Assembly (NCBI RefSeq): GCF_026210795.1
Contig: NC_089429.1
Coordinates: 6,262,001-6,326,000, forward strand
DNA length: 64,000 nucleotides
Direction of reading: 5' to 3'
DNA from: Rhizophagus irregularis
Taxonomy: Eukaryota
The notes under the pieces are model-generated. The model worked only from the letters and a program-made list of their open reading frames with translations, did not search any database and was not told where the DNA came from. The position numbers and the translations under genes were made by a program. Positions 53,732 through 64,000 of the stretch are shown piece by piece. How positions within the stretch are numbered: the first letter of the stretch is position 1; every line of letters begins with the position of its first letter.

Positions 53732-55177
53732 CTACATAAAGTTTTTGATTACTCCTTCTCTTTTATATTCATTAATCACTTTTGTACAATCATCATCTAT
53801 ATCATTTCCAGTAGTAAACATGGAGAGTGCATGCCTGCCTTTCCATTCTTCTAAGAATTCCTCCAAGTTTTCTAAAGAAAATTTAAATTTACGACTGAAC
53901 CTAATTTCTTTTAAATTGGTTGGCATTGACCTAATTAATACTCTTAATAATTCTTCTCCATTGTTCAAAGAGCAAGTATCATCATCATCTAATATAACTA
54001 TTAATAATGACTTTAAATTTTTACAAACTCCTAGTAGTTTTTCAAGTTCAATAAAATGCGCCTTTGTTGGCGAAAACGCAATTGATAAATATTCAATTGA
54101 AGGACAATTTTCATAAATTTTACGAATAAAATTTAGAGAATTTTCATTAAATTCATCATATTCATATTCAATATTATAGGGTTCGAACAAAATTTTCTTG
54201 AGACTTGCTCCGCTATTTTCAATTATACTAGAAATCACATCTAACCTATTACACTCGATATTAAGAATTTCAAGTTGGTGATAAACTTGCATTTTTAATT
54301 TTTCCAATTTTTTTTCATTAAAAAAATGATAGCCATCAATTATTAATATTTTTATATTATAAAATTTTGGAAGTACCTCTTGCAGTAAAGTGTGTTCACA
54401 ATTTTCCACATATTGGGCAAATAGTCTTAAACAATTGAGACTTGCAGCTTTTTTTTCTAGCGCGAGAAGAACTTTTTCGTAAGGATTATTATCCGTAAAA
54501 CACCCATCATCAAAATCATCATCCCATTGAAAATATTTTAAGTTCTTTTGAACCTCAATTAACTTAATAATCCCATGATTAGGTTTTATGTCAACATAAA
54601 CAATGGTAAGACTCTGTAAATATTGACAGAATTGTGATAATCCGTAAAAGTATAAAGGATCAATGGATGTATCACATTTTAATTCACAAAGTAATTCAAA
54701 TCGAACCATGGCTTCTGGAAATTGAAATATTTGGTGTTTAATCGATCTCATATCAAAATACTTCAATTCTAAACATTTTTTCATAAAGAGAGAGTAAAAT
54801 TTTTGTTGCATATTAAATAGATTATAATCTATATCTGAACCAATAGAAATTATTTCCTTTATAATATTTATATTGATACTTCTACAATAAGAAAAATAAT
54901 CAAACAAGAGTGATTGATTTGAACCTGAAGGTAATTGGATTTCTTGATTTGTTATGAATTCTTTGATATCGCCAAATATGTATTGAGAAATGATTCTGAA
55001 TAAAGAGATTTTGTTACTGTAATTAATACCATTGTAGCACCAGGGATTCCTCCATAAATTTGGTATCGCAGTTTCACACCAAAGTCTATTAACCATTAGA
55101 CATGAAAAGAGAGATTTCGAATCTTCTCGTAATTCCTCAAATATTAAGAAAAGAATATCTTTGTTAAGTTTAGACAT
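53732..55177 (-). CDS. F-box-like N-terminus + LRR/RNI-like protein (481 aa from ATG 55177)
   Basis: MSKLNKDILFLIFEELREDSKSLFSCLMVNRLWCETAIPNLWRNPW; LRR-like repeats; C-terminal LENLEEFLEEWKGR..YKREGVIK; uninterrupted ORF. Confidence 0.85.
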   Translation of the reverse strand: MSKLNKDILFLIFEELREDSKSLFSCLMVNRLWCETAIPNLWRNPWCYNGINYSNKISLFRIISQYIFGDIKEFITNQEIQLPSGSNQSLLFDYFSYCRSININIIKEIISIGSDIDYNLFNMQQKFYSLFMKKCLELKYFDMRSIKHQIFQFPEAMVRFELLCELKCDTSIDPLYFYGLSQFCQYLQSLTIVYVDIKPNHGIIKLIEVQKNLKYFQWDDDFDDGCFTDNNPYEKVLLALEKKAASLNCLRLFAQYVENCEHTLLQEVLPKFYNIKILIIDGYHFFNEKKLEKLKMQVYHQLEILNIECNRLDVISSIIENSGASLKKILFEPYNIEYEYDEFNENSLNFIRKIYENCPSIEYLSIAFSPTKAHFIELEKLLGVCKNLKSLLIVILDDDDTCSLNNGEELLRVLIRSMPTNLKEIRFSRKFKFSLENLEEFLEEWKGRHALSMFTTGNDIDDDCTKVINEYKREGVIKNFM

Positions 55178-56435
55178 TTTAATAATATGGTTTAAAATAA
55201 AATAAACTCTATATAACCGAAGTATCTTCAAGGATAATTATCCAAAGTATTAATACAAAAGAAAATTAATACAAAAGAAAATTAATACAAAAGAAAAAAC
55301 CAAAATGATAAAAAAATCGGACTATTTATAGAATACAGAAACTCCGGCTAATTTGTTAAATTTGATTACTTTGTACCAACCATAAGCTTGATCAAATGAT
55401 ACAAATAATGTAAATAATGTTTCACAGAACAAAATTAATAAAACAAATATTACGACAAATGTCATGTGATTGCTATTGTCCTTCGGGTTTGGCATAATCC
55501 GCAAATTAATAGAAATCACGTGCTAATGGCCATATTCAATACTATCCGAAGTTGGCACATGTACTACAAATTTCTAGTTGTGAAACTTCGATCACATGGC
55601 CCATTTCCAGTAAATTTATCACAAATTTCAAATAAATGTAAATTTTGGATATTCTCGGAAACTTGTCCCGTTTCCATTAAGTTCCCACCTCATTTTTGAT
55701 AATAGAAACTTCATTTATATGTTGTTTACATTTGTATCACACCAAAATATAATAAAATAAAATCTTACTTATTTTTCCGTTAAACTGTGATATTTTGTTT
55801 ATTATTTTTAAAAAATATTTTATTACAATTCAATGACATTAATATAACATTTTCATTACATTACTAGCAAATTCATTTAAATTCCTATTATATTTAACGA
55901 AATAAGTAATGACACCGACGTTACTCAAATTAATTGCATATTATCCTAGTAAATGTAATACAAAATTAGAAATCTTTTAATTATTAATAAACGAAAAAAG
56001 AAATACTAAAAAATTACTAGTTCTACCATTAAAACGTGTTACTCGAGTGGTTGATACCACAAGCTTTTTTTACTTCGTTTATTAGGCGGGCTTCAAAGAT
56101 TCTTCTGATTCAGCCTGATTTCCTTACTTTATCTGTTCAATTTCTTTTTGTAACTATTAAATGTACTATAGAACTTTGAATATAATTTTTTTGTTCTAAT
56201 AAAATGTACAAATCAAGCTTATTGATAAATTTAATATACTGTATGATATATGTATTTTATTTTTATTTTACTATACATTAAACATATTATTATTGTACGC
56301 TATAATGTATTTTATCTTATGATGTATGCTTAATTAATAACAAAGTAAAAGTTTTATAATACATAATATAAAGTCATTGCTATCAAAAAAGGAAATTGAT
56401 GTAATTGTATGGTAAACCTTTCAAAAAAATTAGCC

Positions 56436-57872
56436 TAAGTGTGCATAGCTCGCAAAAGCTCGAGCTGGCTCGCCTACAAAGTAATAAAATAAAAATTAAT
56501 GATTCAGATTGGTTACTAGTTACTACGGTTTCGTGTCGGTCATATGACTTACCGATATTCTGATTTACGCTGTAATGCCAGAGTGAATTTATTAATGTGG
56601 GCGCAGTTTTATAGTGTATAAAATTTTTTGTGATTTAAAATTGTGGAATGTTACAAATGTAACATCCGAAAGGACGTTAAACGTTAAACTAAATAATTTG
56701 GGATTTGTGTATTTGTTTATATTCAGATTTTGGGAATACATGATTTGAATAGTATTTGAATAATTAAATATCAGGAACCAATGATAGGTAGTTTATACTT
56801 CAATGAAGAGGATTATAAAAGGAGTAATATTTGACTTGATGAAATTAGGATACGAATTTTGGGAATTAATTTTTGATATTTAGTTGTATTAAAACAAGCA
56901 TATTATTATATTTATTTGCATTACTAATAAAATATTATTTGTTAAGACTAAGGTGGCAACGTGATTTATCACGGGTACAACAGTTTACCGATTCGATCAG
57001 TCAATTTTTATATAAAAAAAAAATTTTTTTTTTACCGATCTTTTTTTAAATAATAATTTATTCATCATTATTATTTAAAAAGATGACGGAAATGGGAGAG
57101 CCATCGAAATGAAGCAAGAACAGCCTTTCATTGGAGTTATGCGGTAAGTAGTTTAATCTATGGTTATGAATTGCATTATGAAATAACACCGACGCATTTT
57201 TTTTATTTTGTCCTTTCCTTGGAGTTATACGGTAAGAAGTGTAATGTATGGACAGTATTGTTATGAAATTGCATTATGGAACAACACTACGCAATTTTTT
57301 TTTATTTTTTAGTTCTTCGGCCTTTCCTCGGTAAGTAATGTAATGTATGGATAGTATGGTTATGAAATTGCGTTATGGAACCCACTAACGCATTATTTTT
57401 TTATTTTTCAGGTTTCCGGCTAGTGGAATAATTAACCTTAACCCTCTCACGAGGATTTTTTGAATATAAATCTGGAGCATCTTCACCTTCTTTATAATCA
57501 GCAAGAATTGCCGCACATGGGTTGGTATAGTTTTAGAAGTGTGTGGTTGTATAATAGCATTTGAAACAATACTAACGCCAATTTTCTTTTATTTTTTTAG
57601 GTTTAGGTTTCCGGCTATGGAATATGCGGTAGGTGTTGTTTGGTGAGTGTGTGGCTGTGTAATGGTGTTATAAAACATCATTAACGCCATTTCTCTCTTT
57701 TTTTTGAGGCAAAACTTAAGTGAGCCAGGATTTATCATGGCTCGGCTTGGCTCAAAAAGCTTGAGCTAATATTTGCCGTGGCTCAGTTCATTGCGGACTC
57801 AGCTCTCTTAATTTATGCCCTGGCTCAGCTCGTGCTAGCTTATGGGGAGCTTTAACTACTAGCAAACCACTA
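56436..57872. mobile_element. Probable hAT-like element containing an intron array
   Basis: GGCTCG/GAGCT subterminal repeats at 56445-56472 and 57720-57850; ...CACTA right end; left TIR and TSD not resolved. Confidence 0.4.
57134..57710 (+). repeat. Five tandemly duplicated introns with micro-exons
   Basis: Donors at 57144, 57232, 57331, about 57521-57525 and 57629; shared TATGGTTATGAAATTGCATTATG..CTAACGC..TnAG; shared exons GGAGTTATRCG, CCTTTCCT, GTTTCCGGCTA. Confidence 0.75.
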
Positions 57873-57874
57873 TT

Positions 57875-58700
57875 TTTTTAAAAAAAATAAAAATTTATTA
57901 AAATTGTAAAATTTAATAAAAAATTTTCCAATAAATTTTCAATCAATTTTTATAAAAAAGAGACCTCAATGAATTCATGCAAAAAAATTCTCGATTCCCT
58001 TATTAAAAAATAACTATTTTTCAATAAAATTTTCTATTAAGACTTCTAACAAAATTTTCCATCAAAAAAATAAAAAAACTTTTCAACCAACAATTCTCTA
58101 ATAAAATTCTCAATCAAAAAAATATTCCCAATTAAAGATGAAAATCTTCCGTCAAAAAACATTTTCCCTATTAAAATTTCTATCAAAAAAAAAATTCTCA
58201 GCGAAATTATTTATCTTCCTATTAAAGAAAAATTCTTTAATAATATCTTCTATCAAAAACAATCCCCTATTAAAAAAAAATTCTCTAATAAAATTCTCCG
58301 TCAAAAAATACTTTCATCTATTAAAAAAAATTCCCAAAAGAAATTCTTTATCAAGGAAAATTCCCTCCTATTAAAAAAAAAATTCTTAACGAAATTCTCT
58401 ATCAAAAAAAAAATCTCACTTGTTAAAAAAATTTCTGACAAAATTATTTTTATCAAAAAAAAATCTTTCCTGTTATGATAAAGGTATATGTCAAAAAAAA
58501 AGAAAATCTTATGATAAAAAAAAATTCTCCAATGAAATTTAAATTTTTTAACGAAATTATCCATCGAAAAAAAATTCTCTAACAAAATTTTTTATCGAAA
58601 AAAGTTTCTATCAAAAAAAGCCGCTGACAAAGAAACTAATTTTTGACAAGATAAAATTATCAAGTATAGTTGGATTAAATCAAATACAGTTGGACAATAA
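57875..58700 (-). repeat. About 850-bp repeat, copy B (inverted relative to 42915-43790)
   Basis: For example AAATTCTCCGTCAAAAAATACTTTCA and GCTGACAAAGAAACTAATTT are reverse complements of copy A segments. Confidence 0.85.
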
Positions 58701-59770
58701 ACAGGTAAAATGTCTAGCCATGTTTGCGCACAATGTCTGATAATTTTGTCCAACTCGGCTTGCCATATTTTATGGTTAGATTGAAGGTCCTGAAAGTGTG
58801 ATTTGAGATGATCCGAAGTATTCACGTCGGGTAGTTGGCCCGTTTACTAATCAGATTCCGCGTTTAGATTTGGTTTTTTTCCCAAACCGAAAAATCATTA
58901 TTATTTTTTTTCATTAAATAATCCTATTTTTGACCATTATTAATTTTTTTTTTTGAATTTTTTTTTCTGTCTTTTGGACTGAATTATTGTCCTTTTTTTT
59001 TGGTACTTATTTTTTTCGGATTCATGTTTTTTAGGAATTTTTTTCATATTAATTAGTGAGATATTTTTTTTCTATAACAATAAATTGCTATAATGAATTT
59101 CTTTGAGATATAGTAACAATATATAAGTATTTTTTTCAACAGCAGAGGATGTAATTTTTTTTAATGCTACAATGGAATTTTTTTAAGATAAATACAATGT
59201 GACAATAAATCTACTTATACAAAATTGTTTTTGCAATGAATTTGTAAATATATAAATAAATTATAAATTTCACAGTACTGCAACATTTGTTTGTGTAATA
59301 AATAAAATTTGCATTTAATAATAATATTTCATATACTGTATAACATTTGCACACAATTCATTGTTATTACATTTTATTTCCTACTAATGCCATCATAATA
59401 ATAGTAAAAAACTAGACCCATTTACACTGTATGGTAAATAAACATAAGTGTGTTATTATTATTCTCCATCATGGCGGATTTATAAAATACCCCAAAATTT
59501 GCCCATCATGTCAAATTAAATAAATATTTGACAGTATTTTAGTCAATTTAAGTCCCAAATTTATTAGTGAACAGTCAAAAATGAGCTCTAAAAAATTTTT
59601 TTGTACCCCAAATCTTGCATCTAACCAATTTTTCCAGTGTTAAAGGCGCGTCATTATTTGACATTTTTTAGGAAAAAAGCTTAATGTTTCTGTAAGTCAA
59701 TTTTAATTCCGATGGCACAGTAGAGTTCCATAAATCCGCCGCAGTGCTTACTTGATGGGTAAGTATCATC

Positions 59771-59799
59771 CCCGGCGCAACGCGACGGGTTACGTCTAG
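59771..59799 (+). mobile_element. Helitron 3' terminus
   Basis: GC-rich hairpin CCCGGCGC-AAC-GCGACGGG followed 6 nt later by CTAG|T. Confidence 0.65.
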
Positions 59800-59849
59800 T
59801 CACTTATTAAATCTAAATTAAATATAGTAAAAGATCTTAAATTTTTAAT

Positions 59850-60540
59850 TCCAGATTCATGAGTTGTAAAAATGGAAATTTTTGGTAAATTAACGTAACT
59901 TTCTGTGTTATATTTACTTCAAATTCCTGTAAGGTTTCTGAGCTTTTTTTAAATAACCATATAATATATATATAGCATCAATAAACTTTTCTCATCTAAA
60001 ACTATAATATAGTCTTTTGTATCTGAATTTTGTATTTTAGAAAAAATTATACCTCTTGAATTTTCAATATTGTATGATTTAACCCGTTAAATATATAAAT
60101 ATTATTACAATAAAGATTATTAAATTAAATTACATTCAAAAATAGATTATTAAATTAAATTGCAAGAATCAAATATTTTACCTCATTTAAAAAATTCACT
60201 GATAATATTTTGTGAATTATTTATGCATCTTAAAGAAACATTCTTATTAGGTGTTCTTTCATCTTGCTTGCCATATAAATTCAATGGACCATCCATCCAT
60301 ATTGTTGAATATATTGTAGCAGAATCGTGTTTGTCTACTTCTTTGATATTATTGAACTGGTTACATGTATCCATTTAACAAACTTTAATTGCATTTCTTG
60401 AATAAATTCAATCAATCTCTTTATTACACTGGTCCAGTTTTTAAAGCTTTGTTTTAAATTATTCATTTTACATGGGTTACACCATTTTCTTCTTATATTT
60501 GCATATGTTCATTCCATCACAATTTTTACAAATAATATCA
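59850..60540 (-). pseudogene. Tyrosine-kinase-like family pseudogene (N-terminal part)
   Basis: CKNCDG..NQFNNIKEVDKHDSATIYSTIWMDGPL..NKNVSLRCINNSQNIISEF, intron at about 60181, then QNSDTKDYIIVL; stops and frameshifts. Confidence 0.75.
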
Positions 60541-62599
60541 TGAGACATTGAGACAACAAAAAAGGGGTCGGCGTAATGTAAAAAAAATTACGCAAGCGTG
60601 ATGATGATCCGGTATTTATTTATTTTTATGTCAAGGCAGTCAGGTAATGATGATCCGGCAATGCTGATCTTTACTCAATTTCACATGATGTTCAAACATT
60701 GATAAACTGTAAAATTGATCACATGATGGCCCATAACCTTATGATAAATAAATAATTGTACCAATTAAATAGAAAGAAATCTTGAAAATATTCATGAAGC
60801 AAAATTTGTTCAATTAAATCAGAAAAAACTATCTTAAAAACAAATATTTTAGTCTCGGATTATAAAGCACTTACTAATAACTCTAAAATCATATAAATTT
60901 AATATACTTATAGTATTTATAAAAATGTATAATTCTTACAATAAAACTGTTCTATTCAGTTAGTTTTAATAAAATAAAGTTAAAGTTAATAGCTATACTT
61001 GTTAAACCTAAATAATGCCAAATTTTTGTTGAACTTTACAATCTACAATTTATTCTTCTGCCGGCAAAACTAACTTCTACTATTAGAAAAAACAACAAAT
61101 AAAATCATGTGCTACCTAATTATCCAATCATCAATATGTATGCTTCGCTTGGAAAATAAAACTTATGTGATTAAATATACTGTATATAGATATAACTTTA
61201 ATAACTTTAGTAACTTTTTGACCTAATGAAAGACGATTAATTGATTTATTGTTTATTGTTAACATTGTTTCTCCAAAATAATAAAATTTACCTATTTTAC
61301 AATTACCATTTTATTTTCCAATGATAAACATATTAGATTTTCCCTCTCATAATCTATACAGTATACCATACGTCCTTATTGAAACATTAGACTATGAAAA
61401 TATTAAAGTAAATATTTATCAAACCGATTTTACCAATTAAGCTTAGGATACACTTTAAGAAATGAAAAAAATTAATTTTATGTGAATCTATAAAAAAAAA
61501 TTTATTACTTTAAATAAAATATCTATTTTTTTTTTCTTTTATGAAAATTTAATACTTGAAGTTTATCAAAATGAAAAAAAAAGATTTTTTGTAAACTCTC
61601 ACCATACCATAGTGAAATCTAACGACAATAATAATATACATATGCTTAAAATAAACGATATAAAGATCTTTCTTAAGTTTTCTGACTTAAACTCGAAAAA
61701 CTATATCTTAAGACTGAAAAATATTTATAATTTGAATTTAATTTCAGTAACTGACACCTTAAAAAATATCATATACTATATAAAAATTAAAATGCTGACG
61801 TCATCAGATATCTGAAGTGGGGCTTTGCTTTTTTCAAACAAAGAATAGTGGAATTAAATCATATATTATAAAGCGTTTTATGATTTTGTATATAATAATT
61901 ATATAATTATAACGATAATAGGACCCGAAATATATATGTGATTCAGAAAATTGTTTTTCAGGGCCGAAATTATGCTAATCTCAGTCAGTTACTAAATAGG
62001 TAATAAAATTTTGACTGGCATTATCTAAAAAAAAGAAGATCTACATAATTTTTGTGTCAAAAATACGCATACTCGCTAGTCGCTACCTTATCCCTTTATA
62101 TATATTTCGAGGTCCTATTATAATATAAAACTTTCTTTGTACATTAGACTATCAAATATGAGTGATTAATGTTTGTTACATTTACAGTAAAAGCCCCGTT
62201 TTCTGCATAGCCCAAATTTTGCCAAAAAAATTGCGCCATGCGTCACCTTTAGCTCTGCCACATTTTTGTATATATAAACCCCTTGTTTTTATTCAACCTA
62301 AAAAATTTACTTCTACTCAACACTTGTATTTAATCACCCACTTTACTGAAATGTTAATATTCTATTATTAAAAAAAAAATTCCAGCAAATTAACATTCTT
62401 AAAAATAAAAAATTTACTCCCACTTAATACTTATATGCATGAAAATTATCCAAAATATACCTTAGCATTAATATAAAATAATAAATTATTTTTTCTTATC
62501 CATGTATTCTCTTCAAAGATTAAGCTAGAACCGAGATGGACTAGCAAAATTATTTTAATTACTTGTATTGATTGAATTTTCATTAATTTAATAACAACA

Positions 62600-63330
62600 T
62601 ATTATTGATAAACTATAAATGATCGTAATTTATTCAAATAATACTAAACGTTCACTTTATTCATATTCACACCAAACCCACTTAATCATATTTTTATGTT
62701 AACAAGCTTTTCTTATTCCAAATAATTTTTTAGACCAAACAATTATATACATCTATATTCTTCTTTTAGATACAATACTCAATAAATGCAATAAATGGAT
62801 CTGATGGATGCATTTAATCAAAGACTGACCATTTTTTGTATGTAAATGTCAAGGAATTAAACACTAACAATAATATGCAAATACTGAATTTATTAATCAA
62901 GATTGATTTTGAAGAGAGCAATAAAGAATATATTCTGATTAGTTATTCAAACATAACATATAGGATTGTTAAAGTTTATGCAATTATATTGTACAATCAA
63001 TAATCTTTAAATGACAATTTAATCTTATCAACTCTTCTTACTTGAAACTTTAGTGAATTACTATATTTATCATTATCCCTATCTAAAATATGCATGAAAT
63101 TTTTTATTAAAATAGTAATATGAACAAATATATTTGATAATTATTAATTCATCATTACCTACTATTTTAATAGATATATAACTCAATTTTTATTTATATA
63201 ATTTTTCTTTTGTTTATTAGGTGTCCCATTTTTACTTTTCCTTCATTAGATAACACATCTTCATAATTAAGCTTTCATTTAAAAATTGAAGAAATTTTGA
63301 CTTCAAATATATCATCAGATAAGGGTTTAA
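62600..63330 (-). pseudogene. Possible highly decayed BTB/BACK relic
   Basis: Weak remnants: KPLSDD, VGNDE..IFVH, NMIKW. Confidence 0.25.
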
Positions 63331-64000
63331 AGAAACTGTTTATTGCTCATGATCTTCCTCACTTAGATAGAAATCAATATACAATTGACAAGAAAAGGAA
63401 ACATTACATAATATATTAATTTAAATTAAGTTATAAGACACCTGACTAGAAGGAAAAGAAAGTCATTATTGCAGCACTTCTTAATTAAAATTAGATCTGT
63501 AAAATCAATCTTAAGTTTTAGGCTAAATTAATTATATTAAATATATATGTTTGTTGAAACACAGTTTAAAAACTATAAAATAAACTTATATATAGTCCAT
63601 TCTTTTACATATTTAATAGTTAAAGAAGAAAACTGTTTTAATTACTGTTTGTAAAATATCTTTAATCTCAGAGAATAAATTTTGTGAACACAAATTTCAT
63701 TTTAGATATATTTTTGATATAGAAATTAATTATACTCAAATTCTTAAAGAAATCCAACCTCAGGTATATGAAATAATTAGATTAATAGAAATTTCAATGA
63801 AGAATTTTATAATCTATTCTTGTCACACTTTGTTTAGAATTAGATGGTACAGTCTGTTTCCTATTATACGGAAATTTGCATACAAAATGAAACTTGCAAT
63901 GGAGACCCAAAAATTACAAGATCAATTCGCCTTTCCACAAGAAAAATTAATTGCTTCTATCTTTTTATATTCAAGTGGTCTCTTTTACTTTCCCAAAATA

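Noticed and set aside
53691..54116. 141-aa plus-strand ORF (also 47337-47594 and 40587-40781)
   Set aside because: Antisense shadows of real minus-strand genes
58138..58585. Lys/Phe-rich ORFs (also 43563-43808)
   Set aside because: Arise from the AT-rich minisatellite repeat
59466..59746. Transib-like MITE (GGCGGATTTAT / ATAAATCCGCC inverted pair)
   Set aside because: Left terminus degenerate and no TSD; too weak to call
1..64000. tRNA, rRNA or prokaryote-like/horizontally acquired genes
   Set aside because: None recognisable by eye; tRNAscan-SE, Infernal or BLASTX would be needed to exclude them formally

Overview
Very AT-rich, intron-containing eukaryotic DNA. The gene families (BTB-BACK-TLDc, F-box-like/LRR, MATA-type HMG-box, tyrosine-kinase-like relics) and the repeat load point to an arbuscular mycorrhizal fungus (Glomeromycotina, Rhizophagus-like); this is inferred, not tested. 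Only four genes look intact: an HMG-box protein (13333-13644 +), a secreted His1 LPMO-like protein (40484-41047 -), a two-exon BTB-BACK-TLDc protein (46883-48406 -) and an F-box-like/LRR protein (53732-55177 -). The rest is a mosaic of non-autonomous DNA transposons (hAT, Ginger-like, CMC/CACTA-like, MULE-like, Tc1/pogo-like; several with readable TSDs), Helitron/LINE/Gypsy relics and pseudogenes (Hsp70, kinase, BTB, F-box). The most unusual signal is a set of 'intron-array' elements (about 4.0-6.5 kb +, 26.3-28.1 kb -, 57.1-57.7 kb +, with relics at 45.7-46.0 and 51.1-51.5 kb). They consist of tandemly multiplied short introns separated by 20-80 nt micro-exons, and fragments of host genes sit inside those exons: a mitochondrial carrier (sense), cytoplasmic dynein heavy chain (antisense) and a third antisense coding-like piece. 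All protein assignments are by-eye motif recognition; no searches were run.
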